Of a DNA stretch of 64,000 bases, positions 1 to 13,460 are shown piece by piece. How positions within the stretch are numbered: the first letter of the stretch is position 1; every line of letters starts with the position of its first letter. Source of the DNA: Macrostomum hystrix (Eukaryota > Animalia > Platyhelminthes). Location: NCBI GenBank assembly GCA_950097015.1, contig CATNEN010000024.1, forward strand, positions 3,348,001 through 3,412,000, in the 5' to 3' direction. The position numbers were made by a program, and so were the translations under genes. The notes beneath the pieces were generated by a model, which searched no databases, was not told the DNA's origin, and saw nothing but the letters and a program-made list of their open reading frames with translations.

Positions 1-915
1 AGCTGGATTCAAAGCTGGATTTGCAGCTGGATTCAAAGCTAGATTTGCAGCTGGATACGAAGCTAGATTTGCAGCTGGATTCAAAGCTGGATTTGCAGCT
101 GGATTCAAAGCTGGATTTGCAGCTGGATTCAAAGCTGGATTTGCAGCTGGATTCAAAGCTAGATTTGCAGCTGGATTCAAGGCTAGATTTGCAGCTGGAT
201 TCAAAGCTAGATTTGCAGCTGGATTCAAGGCTAGATTTGCAGCTGGATTCAAAGCTGGAATCGCAGCAGGATTCGAAGCTGGAATCGCAGCAGTATTCAA
301 AGCTGGAATCGCAGCAGGAGTCAAAGATAGAATCGCAGCTGGATTCAAAGCTGGAATCGCAGCAGGATTCGAAGCTGGAATCGCAGCAGTATTCAAAGCT
401 GGAATCGCAGCAGGAGTCAAAGATAGAATCGCAGCTGGATTCAAAGCTGGAATCGCAGCTGGATTCAAAGCTGGAATCGCAGCTGGATTCAAAGCTGGAA
501 TCGCAGCTGGATTCAAAGCTGGAATCGCAGCAGGAGTCAAAGCTGGAATCGCAGCTGGATTCAAAGCTAGATTTGCAGCTGGATTCAAGGCTAGATTTGC
601 AGCTGGATTCAAAGCTGGAATCGCAGCAGGAGTCAAAGATAGAATCGCAGCTGGATTCAAAGCTGGAATCGCAGCTGGATTCAAAGCTGGAATCGCAGCT
701 GGATTCAAAGCTGGAATCGCAGCTGGATTCAAAGCTGGAATCGCAGCAGTATTCAAAGATAGAATCGCAGCTGGATTCAAAGATAGAATCGCAGCTGGAT
801 TCAAAGCTAGAATCGCAGCTGGATTCAAAGCTAGAATCGCAGCAGTATTCAAAGATAGAATCGCAGCTGGATTCAAAGCTAGAATCGCAGCTGGATTCAA
901 AGCTGGAATCACAGC
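1..915. repeat. Minisatellite, 12/24-nt unit (GCTGGATTCAAA / GCTGGAATCGCA), truncated by window edge
   Basis: Direct tandem periodicity. Confidence 0.95.
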
Positions 916-1939
916 TGGTGCCATTGCTAGCAATTATATTAGCTGGAGCCATTGCTGGAACAATTTTTTAGAAGCAGCTACCACTTTATTGTTATATGGC
1001 TAGATTTGATGCACTTTTAGCAAATGGAATTGCCATGAAATAAATATGACTCAGATTATGACTATATCAAAGTGGCTACTTTCGCTAAGGCTATGTATTT
1101 TGTTCGTAAATGATTTAGTGCGAATGGTTGGCCTAGACCGAAAAATTGAATTTTAATGAGCAGTTTAACAATTTCGAGGGCGCAAAAAGGATTGCTATAA
1201 GTACAACTGCACTGGAGACTAAACTCATAGCTGGTACATCCGGTTTCAATTATTCAATCGTTGAAAGGACACTGAAATTGATGATTGAACTGCTGGTGAG
1301 AAAGTGAATAAAATGTCAAGAAACTAAAAGTGATAGAGCAGAAAAGTGCAAGCTGAGAGTGCCCTGCTTGGCTTGGTTCAGGAGGTGCTCAAATTGAGAT
1401 GCCTCCCCCCTCCTCTTACTCGCCTAGTGCAGGCTGGGTCGAGTGTGTGGAAATCAATTTCTCAGAGCTCTTTCAGGCCTTTCCTAGCGGTCTCGGCAGC
1501 AGCAGCAGCAGCAGCAGCAGCAGCTGCATCGCGTCAACTCCCCTAACTAACTTGTCGCCAAATTTCACAAAAATGGCGAGACGCAGAGGAGGGGAATGAC
1601 GGAGGCGCCAAAGCATAATTGGTGGCTCCAGTCAATACCGACCCCTTTATCCCAGAACTGTCAAGCAAGAACTCACGGCTACTGCTTGCTTGCCGCAATC
1701 CCGTCTCATTAATTATTAATTACGCATAATGCGGCGACAGAAACGCACCTGCGTGTTTTTTAGAATCTCGATTTGAGACAGAAGGGGAGATGGGAATCGA
1801 GAAGGATAAGGATCAGGACAGAAGCCTTTCGGAATAGTTTTAATTAGTGGAAATCTGCTTATTTGCTGGCCGGGACAGCGACAATACTGACTCGCCATGT
1901 ACTTTTATACAGGCCATTTTACCTTTTGCAGGGTTTGGT

Positions 1940-2262
1940 CCTCTGGTCCCTGAGCTCGATTCAGCAGCGAGGCCACATTCATTTGGGCTCGCAGCCGCGG
2001 AGAGAAGGCTTGGGGGCCTATCGTGCAACGTACACATTTGAGTGCCAACCCATAAGGCACAGTGAGAGCGTATATTGCGAATGAGAAAGTCAGGGCAGAT
2101 GTACACCCTTTTGTGAGTGTGTGCCTGCGTACAGAATCTGTGTGAGTGTGTGCTCAGGAGTCAGCGAAACGGGCAGAATTGCCTCCTCGCTGGCTGCGGG
2201 TTTAGTGTCACCAAATGATGTGCCATTGCTTGAAGCCCCCTGAAAATTAAATTTTATTATAA
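1940..2262 (+). mobile_element. SINE family A copy (5'-truncated, long body)
   Basis: Shares GGTCCCTGAGCTCGATTC, GAGGCCACATTCA, GCAGCCGCGGAGAGAAGGCTT, GGGCAGATGTACAC and GTGCTCAGGAGTCAGCGAAA...GTGTCACCAAATGATGTGC with the other copies. Confidence 0.8.
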
Positions 2263-2274
2263 AAGCAAACGTCA

Positions 2275-2740
2275 CTGTAAACAGTCACTCTAGACAGTCA
2301 CTCCCAACTGTCACACTTTTAACAGTCACTACCAACAGTCACTCTAAACAGTCACACTGTAAACTGTCACTCTAAAGAGTCACACTGTAAACTGTCACTC
2401 TAAAGAGTCACACTGTAAACTGTCACTCTAAAGAGTCACACTGTAAACTGTCACTCTAAAGAGTCACACTGTAAACTGTCACTCTAAACAGTCACTCTTA
2501 ACATTCACACTGTAAACTGTCACTCTAAAGAGTCACACTGTAAACTGTCACTCTAAACAGTCACTCTTAACATTCACACTGTAAACTGTCACTCTAAACA
2601 GTCACTCTTAACATTCACACTGTAAACTGTCACTCTAAGCAGGCACACTGTAAACTGTCACTCTAAACAGTCACTCTTAACATTCACACTGTAAACTGTC
2701 ACTCTAAACAGGCACACTGTAAACTGTCACTCTAAACAGT
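2275..2740. repeat. Minisatellite, about 28-nt unit AAAGAGTCACACTGTAAACTGTCACTCT
   Basis: Tandem copies starting just after a SINE tail. Confidence 0.9.
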
Positions 2741-3382
2741 CCCGTTAAATCCACATTGCCAGCATCTGTCGCTGGCCAAAGTGTTTCAGATATAATGCAT
2801 TAACAGCTGAAACACAGTGATTTGCGTGAGGAAAAATTATTTTCAGAGAGAAAATCAAAGCAGAAGACGACAACGACGTAGAAGAAGAATCGACACAGAC
2901 CGGGTGAAACGAACGGATGGATGGATCAGCAAATAGTGGCCTCGGTGTCCTGGCATCCCCGCCAACCCTAGCGCGTCTGCTCCCGTCTCACGGGCGGCAC
3001 CCACCCCATCCTCCGGCCAGGCCGCACTCCACACACACACGCACACACAGCGAGAGGGATGCACTTTCCCATCCAAGCGACCAACCGCTCCTTCTCTCTC
3101 CCTCGGTCTCGCTCTCTAGTTTTCTAGTCCTTCTCCAGTAGCTCGCAATATCCCCCCCAGAACCTTCCTCGGCAAATTGCGACTTCGCTTTCGTTGAAGC
3201 TTGTTCGGCGAGCACCTTTTCAAACTCGACTGATTTCTTAGAAAAACCGGCTGCAACAATCACACTTTGTACAGACTGTTTTACTAGCTAGAATACACAG
3301 AATGCGACCGATTGTATTTATTGCACCTGTAATCTGAACTACATTATATTTGCCTAGAGGTCAAGTGCAGGACAGTATCGTC

Positions 3383-3496
3383 ATGCTCTGCTGCTGTCGC
3401 TGCTTCGGCAGCAAGGCCAGCACGACTGACAAGCGGCAACCCGCTCCATCAACTCAGCCAGCCACCGCGCGTCCGTCAAATGGAGCTGCTCTGCAT
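3383..3496 (+). CDS. Candidate alternative first coding exon of tensin (MLCCCRCFGSKASTTDKRQPAPSTQPATARPSNGAALH)
   Basis: ATG at 3383, 38 codons, donor CAT|GTGAGC at 3497 in phase 0, compatible with the phase-0 acceptors at 18196/18433; acceptor-like GTGCAG ends at 3370. No homology evidence. Confidence 0.35.
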
Positions 3497-3534
3497 GTGA
3501 GCTGCGTGGTTGCAACCCTTGCCATACTTTATGG

Positions 3535-3960
3535 GAGAGTCCAGTGAAGGGAGAGTCCAGTGAAGGGAGAGTCCAGTGAAGGGAGAGTCCAGTGAAGGGA
3601 GAGTCCAGTGAAGGGAGAATCCAGTGAAGGGAGAGTCCAGTGAAGGGAGAGTCCAGTGAAGGGAGAGTCCAGTGAAGGGAGAGTCCAGTGAAGGGAGAGT
3701 CCAGTGAAGGGAGAGTCCAGTGAAGGGAGAGTCCAGTGAAGGGAGAGTCCAGTGAAGGGAGAGTCCAATGAAGGGAGAGTCCAGTGAAGGGAGAGTCCAG
3801 TGAAGGGAGAGTCCAGTGAAGGGAGAGTCCAGTGAAGGGAGAGTCCAGTGAAGGGAGAGTCCAGTGAAGGGAGAGTCCAGTGAAGGGAGAGTCCAGTGAA
3901 GGGAGAGTCCAGTGAAGGGAGAGTCCAGTGAAGGGAGAGTCCAGTGAAGGAAGGGAGAGT
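3535..3960. repeat. Minisatellite, 16-nt unit GTCCAGTGAAGGGAGA
   Basis: About 26 near-identical copies. Confidence 0.95.
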
Positions 3961-4484
3961 CCTTTAAGAGAGAGACCAGTTAAAGGAGGCATTGTGCCCA
4001 GCCTAATCGAGAAGTACTTTCTACCCTCAGAACAATGGCATTGAAATAAACGTTTCAATGATCTCAGCTAATGCTCAGGGACCTGCTAATTATGAACAAC
4101 ACAAAAGGACTCGGGCATTAAGCTAGACTTTCTGTTACTTTGCTCTAAAATGGAATCACATAAGCAAAAAGTATGTGGAAATATTTTAGGATCAAATGCC
4201 AACAGGCGGGTGTCTATTTCCCTGCTTAATTCACTGATTTTAAATCGTGCATATGTGTATTAATCACACGGAGGTCACATCTCACCTGAAAGGCTCATCA
4301 CCTAAACTCAAACTGGACACTAAATCCTGCAGCTATTCAACTTCTGTACGAGTAAATTGCTAATCGTACCCTAGTCAGAATTTAAAACTTTTTCTAGATT
4401 TCAAATTTTCCGTTAAACATCTATCTTTGAATGCTCTTATTCCCCTTTTCACACCCATCTTACCTCACTATTTTCAGGTCTCAA

Positions 4485-6730
4485 CATCTCTCTCTTGTCT
4501 CATCTCAGCATCTCTGTCTTGTCTCATCTCAGCATCTCTGTCTTGTCTCATCTCAGCATCTCACTCTTGTCTCATCTCAGCATCTCTCTCTTGTCTCATC
4601 TCAGCATCTCTGTCTTGTCTCATCTCAGCATCTCTGTCTTGTCTCATCTCAGCATCTCACTCTTGTCTCATCTCAGCATCTCTCGTGTCTCATCTCAGCA
4701 TCTCTGTCTTGTCTCATCTCAGCATCTCTGTCTTGTCTCATCTCAGCATCTCACTCTTGTCTCATCTCAGCATCTCTCGTGTCTCATCTCAGCATCTCTC
4801 TTGTCTCATCTCAGCATCTCTCTTGTCTCATCTCAGCATCTCACTCTTGTCTCATCTCAGCATCTCTGTCTTGTCTCATCTCAGCATCTCACTCTTGTCT
4901 CATCTCAGCATCTCTGTCTTGTCTCATCTCAGCATCTCACTCTTGTCTCATCTCAGCATCTCTGTCTTGTCTCATCTCAGCATCTCACTCTTGTCTCATC
5001 TCAGCATCTCTCTCTTGTCTCATCTCAGCATCTCACTCTTGTCTCATCTCAGCATCTCTCTCTTGTCTCATCTCAGCATCTCACTCTTGTCTCATCTCAG
5101 CATCTCTGTCTTGTCTCATCTCAGCATCTCACTCTTGTCTCATGTCAGCATGTCTCTCTTGTCTCATCTCAGCATCTCTGTCTTGTCTCATCTCAGCATC
5201 TCTCTCTTGTCTCATCTCAGCATCTCTGTCTTGTCTCATCTCAGCATCTCTCTTGTCTCATCTCAGCATCTCTGTCTTGTCTCATCTCAGCATCTCTGTC
5301 TTGTCTCATCTCAGCATGTCTCTCTTGTTTCATCTCAGCATCTCTGTCTTGTCTCATGTCAGCATGTCTCTCTTGTCTCATCTCAGCATCTCTGTCTTGT
5401 CTCATGTCAGCATCTCTCTCTTGTCTCATCTCAGCATCTCTGTCTTGTCTCATCTCAGCATCTCTCTTGTTTCATCTCAGCATCTCACTCTTGTCTCATG
5501 TCAGCATGTCTCTCTTGTCTCATCTCAGCATCTCTGTCTTGTCTCATGTCAGCATCTCTCTCTTGTCTCATCTCAGCATCTCTGTCTTGTCTCATCTCAG
5601 CATCTCTCTTGTCTCATCTCAGCATCTCTGTCTTGTCTCATCTCAGCATCTCACTCTTGTCTCATCTCAGCATGTCTCTCTTGTTTCATCTCAGCATCTC
5701 TGTCTTGTCTCATCTCAGCATGTCTCTCTTGTCTCATCTCAGCATGTCTCTCTTGTCTCATCTCAGCATCTCTCTTGTCAGATCTCAGCATTTCTCTCTT
5801 GTCAGATTCTCAGCATCTCTGTATTGTCTCATCTCAGGATCTCTCTTGTCTCATCTCATTTTCTCTCTCTCTTGTCTCATCTCAGCATCTCTGTCTTGTC
5901 TCATGTCAGCATCTCACTCTTGTCTCATCTCAGCATCTCTCTCTTGTCTCATCTCAGCATCTCTCTTGTCTCATCTCAGCATCTCTGTCTTGTCTCATCT
6001 CAGCATCTCACTCTTGTCTCATCTCAGCATCTCTCTCTTGTCTCATCTCAGCATCTCACTCTTGTCTCATCTCAGCATCTCTCTCTTGTCTCATCTCAGC
6101 ATCTCTGTCTTGTCTCATGTCAGCATCTCTCTCTTGTCTCATCTCAGCATCTCTGTCTTGTCTCATCTCAGCATCTCACTCTTGTCTCATCTCAGCATCT
6201 CTCTCTTGTCTCATCTCAGCATCTCACTCTTGTCTCATCTCAGCATCTCTCTCTTGTCTCATCTCAGCATCTCTGTCTTGTCTCATGTCAGCATCTCTCT
6301 CTTGTCTCATCTCAGCATCTCTGTCTTGTCTCATCTCAGCATCTCTCTCTTGTCTCATCTCAGCATCTCTCTCTTGTCTCATCTCAGCATTTTCTCTTGT
6401 CTCATCTCATTTTCTCTCTCTCTTGTCTCATCTCAGCATCTCTCTTGTCAGATCTCAGCATTTCTCTCTTGTCAGATTCTTAGCATCTCTGTATTGTCTC
6501 ATCTCAGCATCTCTCTTGTCTCATCTCAGCATCTCTCTTGTCTCATCTCAGCATCTCTCTTATCTCATCTCAGCATTTCTCTCTTGTCAGATTCTCAGCA
6601 TCTCTGTCTTGTCTCATCTCAGCATGTCTCTCTTGTCTCATCTCAGCATCTCTGTCTTGTCTCATCTCAGCATCTCTCTCTTGTCTCATCTCAGCATCTC
6701 TCTTGTCTCATCTCAGCATCTCAGTCTTGT
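4485..6730. repeat. Minisatellite, 22/24-nt unit TCT(GT)CTTGTCTCATCTCAGCATC
   Basis: About 2.2 kb pyrimidine-rich array; it explains the three overlapping long ORFs. Confidence 0.95.
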
Positions 6731-6777
6731 CTCTACAATTTTCGTTATACATGGCCATATTATAATAACTGTAAGAT

Positions 6778-8826
6778 TCGCAGAATGAGCCAATTTTTTA
6801 GAGAATGATAACTTGTTATCGCAGAATGAGCCTATTTATTAGAGAATGATAACTTGTTATCGCAGAATGAGCCTATTTATTAGAGAATGATAACTTGTTT
6901 TCGCAGAATGAGCCAATTTATTAGAGAATGATAACTTGTTATCGCAGAATGAGCCAATTTATTAGAGAATGATAACTTGTTATCGCAGAATGAGCCAATT
7001 TTTTAGAGAATGATAACTTGTTATCGCAGAATGAGCCTATTTATTAGAGAATGATAACTTGTTATCGCAGAATGAGCCTATTTATTAGAGAATGATAACT
7101 TGTTATCGCAGAATCAGCCAATTTATTAGAGAATGATAACTTGTTATCGCAGAATGAGCCAATTTATTAGAGAATGATAACTTGTTATCGCAGAATGAGC
7201 CAATTTATTAGAGAATGATAACTTGTTATCGCAGAATGAGCCTATTTATTAGAGAATGATAACTTGTTATCGCAGAATGAGCCTATTTATTAGAGAATGA
7301 TAACTTGTTATCGCAGAATGAGCCTATTTATTAGAGAATGATAACTTGTTTTCGCAGAATGAGCCTATTTATTAGAGAATGATAACTTGTTATCGCAGAA
7401 TGAGCCAATTTATTAGAGAATGATAACTTGTTATCGCAGAATGAGCCTATTTATTAGAGAATGATAACTTGTTATCGCAGAATGAGCCTATTTATTAGAG
7501 AATGATAACTTGTTATCGCAGAATGAGCCTATTTATTAGAGAATGATAACTTGTTATCGCAGAATGAGCCTATTTATTAGAGAATGATAACTTGTTATCG
7601 CAGAATGAGCCTATTTATTAGAGAATGATAACTTGTTATCACAGAATGAGCCAATTTATTAGAGAATGATAACTTGTTATCGCAGAATGAGCCTATTTAT
7701 TAGAGAATGATAACTTGTTATCGCAGAATGAGCCTATTTATTAGAGAATGATAACTTGTTATCGCAGAATGAGCCTATTTATTAGAGAATGATAACTTGT
7801 TATCACAGAATGAGCCAATTTATTAGAGAATGATAACTTGTTATCGCAGAATGAGCCTATTTATTAGAGAATGATAACTTGTTATCGCAGAATGAGCCTA
7901 TTTATTAGAGAATGATAACTTGTTATCGCAGAATGAGCCTATTTATTAGAGAATGATAACTTGTTTTCGCAGAATGAGCCTATTTATTAGAGAATGATAA
8001 CTTGTTATCGCAGAATGAGCCAATTTATTAGAGAATGATAACTTGTTATCGCAGAATGAGCCTATTTATTAGAGAATGATAACTTGTTATCGCAGAATGA
8101 GCCTATTTATTAGAGAATGATAACTTGTTATCGCAGAATGAGCCAATTTATTAGAGAATGATAACTTGTTATCGCAGAATGAGCCTATTTATTAGAGAAT
8201 GATAACTTGTTATCGCAGAATGAGCCAATTTATTAGAGAATGATAACTTGTTATCGCAGAATGAGCCAATTTATTAGAGAATGATAACTTGTTATCGCAG
8301 AATGAGCCAATTTATTAGAGAATGATAACTTGTTTTCGCAGAATGAGCCTATTTATTAGAGAATGATAACTTGTTATCGCAGAATGAGCCTATTTATTAG
8401 AGAATGATAACTTGTTTTCGCAGAATGAGCCAATTTATTAGAGAATGATAACTTGTTATCGCAGAATGAGCCTATTTATTAGAGAATGATAACTTGTTAT
8501 CGCAGAATGAGCCTATTTATTAGAGAATGATAACTTGTTATCGCAGAATGAGCCTATTTATTAGAGAATGATAACTTGTTATCGCAGAATGAGCCAATTT
8601 ATTAGAGAATGACAACTTGTTATCGCAGAATGAGCCAATTTATTAGAGAATGATAACTTGTTATCGCAGAATGAGCCTATTTATTAGAGAATGATAACTT
8701 GTTATCGCAGAATGAGCCAATTTATTAGAGAATGATAACTTGTTATCGCAGAATGAGCCTATTTATTAGAGAATGATAACTTGTTATCGCAGAATGAGCC
8801 TATTTATTAGAGAATGATAACTTGTT
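6778..8826. repeat. Minisatellite, 41-nt unit CGCAGAATGAGCCTATTTATTAGAGAATGATAACTTGTTAT
   Basis: About 50 highly homogeneous copies. Confidence 0.97.
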
Positions 8827-9334
8827 ATTTAGCCAGTGTGCAGTAGCCCCTATTGCTCCCAGAGCCAGCGAAATCAATGCGCATTCCCTCAACCCTAAAA
8901 AGAAAGTGAAATATGAAGATCCGATGCGAAATTCTCGGAATGCAGAGATATAGAGGCTTGTATATTTATATATATAATACGTATGTTTGAATATTGCACT
9001 CCACTCTATCTAGGGTCAGTGACCGTGATTGACGAGCCCTTTCACTGCCTCTCTCTCTCTCTCTTCTCCCTCTTCGCAACTTCTTTCATCAAAATTCTAG
9101 CTCGATTTCTCATCAGCATTAGGAGTTTGAGAAACCATGAGCAGTATCAGCTCGGCCATGAGCTGACTGTGGGGCATTGAAGTGACTTTATACACACTCA
9201 CTCAAGCTAAATTACCGCCGGTTCGGCAGTTAGGTACAGTTTGTACTTTTTTAGTGCATTGGTTTCATGAGTTAGTTATATTGGTTTGTCTTCTCCTCTT
9301 ATTCTGGATCAAAATAGATTCTCGACCAATGTTA

Positions 9335-10995
9335 GATGTGTTTCTCTTCAATCCTAGATGTGTTTCTTATCAATCTTCGATGTGTTTCTCATCAATCCTA
9401 GATGTGTTTCTCTTCAATCCTAGATGTGTTTCTTATCAATCTTCGATGTGTTTCTCATCAATCCTAGATGTGTTTCTTATCAATCTTCAATGTGTCTTCT
9501 CTTCAATCTTCGATGTGTTTCTCATCAATCCTAGATGTGTCTTCTCATTAATCTTAGATGTGTCTTCTCATCAATCTTCGATGTGTCTTCTCATCAATCC
9601 TAGATGTGTTTCTCATCAATCCTAGATGTGTTTCTCTTCAATCCTAGATGTGTTTCTTATCAATCTTCGATGTGTTTCTCATCAATCCTAGATGTGTTTC
9701 TTATCAATCTTCAATGTGTCTTCTCTTCAATCTTCGATGTGTTTCTCATCAATCCTAGATGTGTCTTCTCATCCATCTTAGATGTGTCTTCTCATCAATC
9801 TTAGATGTGTCTTCTCATCCATCTTAGATGTGTCTTCTCATCCATCTTAGATGTGTCTTCTCATCCATCTTAAATGTGTTTCTCATCAATCTTAGATGTG
9901 TCTTCTCATCAATCTTAGATGTGTCTTCTCATCCATCTTAGATGTGTCTTCTCATCAATCTTAGGTGTCTCTTCTCATTAATATTCTTTTCATTAATCTT
10001 AAATGAGTCTTCTTATCAATCCTAGATGTGTCTTCTCATCAATCCTAGATGTGTCTTCTCATCAATCTTAGATGTGTCTTCTCATCAATCTTAGATGTGT
10101 CTTCTCATCAATCTTAGATGTGTCTTCTCATCAATCCTAGATGTGTCTTCTCATCAATCTTAGATGTGTCTTCTCATCAATCCTAGATGTGTCTTCTCAT
10201 CAATCTTAGATGTGTCTTCTCATCAATCCTAGATGTGTCTTCTCATCAATCCTAGATGTGTCTTCTCATCAATCTTAGATGTGTCTTCTCATCAATCTTA
10301 GATGTGTCTTCTCATCAATCTTAGATGTGTCTTCTCATCAATCCTAGATGTGTCTTCTCATCAATCTTAGATGTGTCTTCTCATCAATCCTAGATGTGTC
10401 TTCTCATCAATCCTAGATGTGTCTTCTCATCAATCTTAGATGTGTTTCTCATCAATCTTAGATGTGTCTTCTCATCCATCTTAGATGTGTCTTCTCATCA
10501 ATCTTAGGTGTCTCTTCTCATTAATATTCTTTTCATTAATCTTAAATGAGTCTTCTTATCAATCCTAGATGTGTCTTCTCATCAATCTTAGATGTGTCTT
10601 CTCATCAATCCTAGATGTGTCTTCTCATCAATCTTAGATGTGTTTCTCATCAATCTTAGGTGTGTCTTCTCATCCATCTTAGATGTGTCTTCTCATCAAT
10701 CTTAGAGGTGTCTTCTCATCAATCTTAGGTGTCTCTTCTCATTAATATTCTTTTCATTAATCTTAAATGAGTCTTCTTATCAATCCTAGATGTGTCTTCT
10801 CATCAATCCTAGATGTGTCTTCTCATCAATCTTAGATGTGTCTTCTCATCAATCCTAGATGTGTCTTCTCATCAATCTTAGATGTGTCTTCTCATCAATC
10901 CTAGATGTGTCTTCTCATCAATCTTAGATGTGTTTCTCATCAATCTTAGATGTGTCTTCTCATCAATCTTAGATGTGTCTTCTCATCAATCTTAT
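9335..10995. repeat. Minisatellite, 23-nt unit CTCATCAATCTTAGATGTGTCTT
   Basis: About 70 copies; a variant block (TTAATATTCTTTTCATTAATCTTAAATGAG) recurs three times. Confidence 0.95.
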
Positions 10996-11448
10996 GTTAA
11001 TTTTAATAAATGATTCGAGGCCGAGGATTGACAGGGACAGATGGGGAAAGTGACGTACCTTTTTCTGTGAGGTGTCTTTCGTTGGCCAGCCATTAAGTCT
11101 CGCTTCGCATCTACGCTTGTATCTCACTCGATCTTCGTGTATCCTTTTTATCTATTTTTCAACTACGGTCAGTATATAGTCTGTCAAGATACCGCGAATC
11201 CGCGTTTCAACCCCCGTGTCTTCACTCGGACCGCCCATACGCGACCCCAGCTCACTAATGAGAAGGGTGAGTCGGGGACTATTTTCCGTGAGACCTCTGC
11301 GTGTGGCATCCTTTTCTGCTTACTCCTAGCTCTCGTGCCGCTAATATACTCAAGCCTCGAGTTTCACATCCTGTTAGCGCGTGCGATCTCCCATTTTGAT
11401 TCTTTGCGAAGACGAGAGTGTTGTAGAGTATGAGCCATAGATACTAGG

Positions 11449-11660
11449 CACTCCAGTTTAAGTATAGTTTACACTCCAGTTTGAGTACAGTTTACACTCC
11501 AGTTTGAGCATAGTTTAATCTCTAGTTTGAGCATAGTTTGCACTCCAGTTTGAGCACGCTTTACACTCCAGATTGAGCATAGTTTGATCTCAAGTTTGAG
11601 AATAGTTTGCAGTCCAGTTTGAGCACAGATTACACTCCAGTTTAAGCACAGCTTACACGT
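11449..11660. repeat. Degenerate 23-nt minisatellite CACTCCAGTTTGAGCATAGTTTA
   Basis: About 9 diverged copies. Confidence 0.8.
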
Positions 11661-12284
11661 CCTTTGAGCACAGTTTAAATTAGAAGTTAAGTATAAACAG
11701 CTCGAATTGCGGTGTTGGCTGTCTCCTATCTCATTGAACTTGAGCTCATATTGCTAAATTTTTAGTTCATCCCTAGCTTAGGTTTGCTGTTTTCAGCTCG
11801 TAGCATGCCGTCTAAGCCTTTATATAAAACATCCCAGCAGCATTAACAGTTTCTAAGTCTAGCTTAGGATTTGGGGAGATTATTCCCATCCCCATCTCAA
11901 GCCACAGCCGCTGGAGGCGCTAGCATGGCACTCTGATAAAAATTGCGATGACTCAAAAATTTGAGCACAGCTGGGTTGAGCTGCTTTGAGCTGCTGCGTC
12001 GCTAAACCAGAGCAGAGCAATTAACTAGTTATTGTCGCCAGTACCAGCTTATCTAATCGCCTCATATATTTTCCTTTGCAGCCTCCGCCTTTTGTTCTCA
12101 ATTTCTCACCCTCGTCCATGCTCAAAGAAAGCTTTGCTGGTCATGTACTAAATATAATACTTAATTGATTCTTTACAGTACATTAAATTTGTATGATCTT
12201 CTCTTAGAAAATCTCCGTTCACTTAGTGTTCGATATCATTCTGGTCAACTTTCACTCTTGTCCCATTGGCTCTATTCTCATCTC

Positions 12285-12710
12285 TCCAGCTCTCCCCTTC
12301 TCTCTCCAGCTCTCCCTTCTACCCAGCTCTCCCTTCTCTCTCCAGCTCTCCCCTTCTCTCTCCAGCCCTCCCTTCTCTTTCCAGCTCTCCCCTTCCCTTT
12401 CAGCTCTCACCTTCTCTTTCCAGCTCTCACCTTCTCTCTCCAGCTCTCCCCTTCTCTTTCCAGCTCTCCCCTTCTCTTTCCAGCTCTCACCTTCTCTCTC
12501 CAGCTCTCACCTTCTCTCTCCAGCTCTCCCCTTCTCTTTCCAGCTCTCCCCTTCTCTTTCCAGCTCTCCCCTTCTCTTTCCAGCTCTCCCCTTCTCTTTC
12601 CAGCTCTCCCCTTCTCTTTCCAGCTCTCCCCTTCTCTTTCCAGCTCTCCCCTTCTCTTTCCAGCTCTCCCCTTCTCTTTCCAGCTCTCCCCTTCTCTTTC
12701 CAGCTCTAAT
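12285..12710. repeat. Polypyrimidine minisatellite, 20-nt unit CAGCTCTCCCCTTCTCTTTC
   Basis: About 21 copies. Confidence 0.95.
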
Positions 12711-13239
12711 CCCTGTCTCTCCAGCTTCTGCCTCTCTACCCTACTCTCTCCATCTCTCTTTAAAACTCTTCTGCCCCTCTTTAAAGCTACGAGCGTAGCT
12801 TTCTCTTTCTTTCTTTTCATCATTTTTTTATTTACAATTAAATTAGATTTTTCCTACAAAACTAAGTTTAAATGTCTTCATCTCTACTAAAGAAAGTAGT
12901 ATGGAATGAATTCTACTTTTATCTCGCCTCAGCACAAAGTTACAAAGATAACTCGCCACGTTAATGAATTTTATCAGCTCAGAGCCATCGCCAAGCATTA
13001 ATTAACTTTTAGATCGGCATGAAAATGTTTTTTAAGATAAATATTAAATAGGAATTGAACGATAGGTCACGAAAAAGGGCAGAGAAAATTATGGAAACGC
13101 CTACCTAAAGTACTAGTAGCAGTCTTCAAGGTCTTATGACAATTCAAAGAAATACTTCGAGTAGGCAGTTAGTCAGTAGTCCCACAGCGTCTACTCTGGT
13201 CTTTATAGCTCGTAGCTCTTCCTGTCTACCTTTTATCAC

Positions 13240-13460
13240 CATCTACACTGTCTACCTTGTCAACCATGTCTGTCACTCTATCTACCCTGTCTACTATGCC
13301 CACTCTATCTACCTTGTCAACCATGTCTGTCACTCTATCTACCCTGTCTACTATGCCCACTCTATCTACGTTGCCTACGCTGTCTGTCACTCTATCTACC
13401 ATGCCTGTCTACTCTATCTACTCTCTCTCTACCCCAGTCTTTTCTGTCTACCTTGTCTAC
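13240..13460. repeat. Degenerate repeat with 57-nt period
   Basis: TACCTTGTCAACCATGTC recurs at 13253 and 13310. Confidence 0.7.

Noticed and set aside
21-971. 316-aa ORF of LDSKLESQ repeats
   Set aside because: Translation of a 12/24-nt minisatellite that lacks stops; no ATG start, splice context or domain.
4427-6808. Three overlapping 660-790 aa ORFs (SCLISAS / SHLSISL repeats)
   Set aside because: All three frames are open only because the pyrimidine-rich repeat has no stop codons.
6778-8826. CRISPR-like regular repeat with an internal palindrome
   Set aside because: Units are head-to-tail with no unique spacers, there are no cas genes, and the context is eukaryotic. The same applies to the 32-, 43- and 52-mer arrays.
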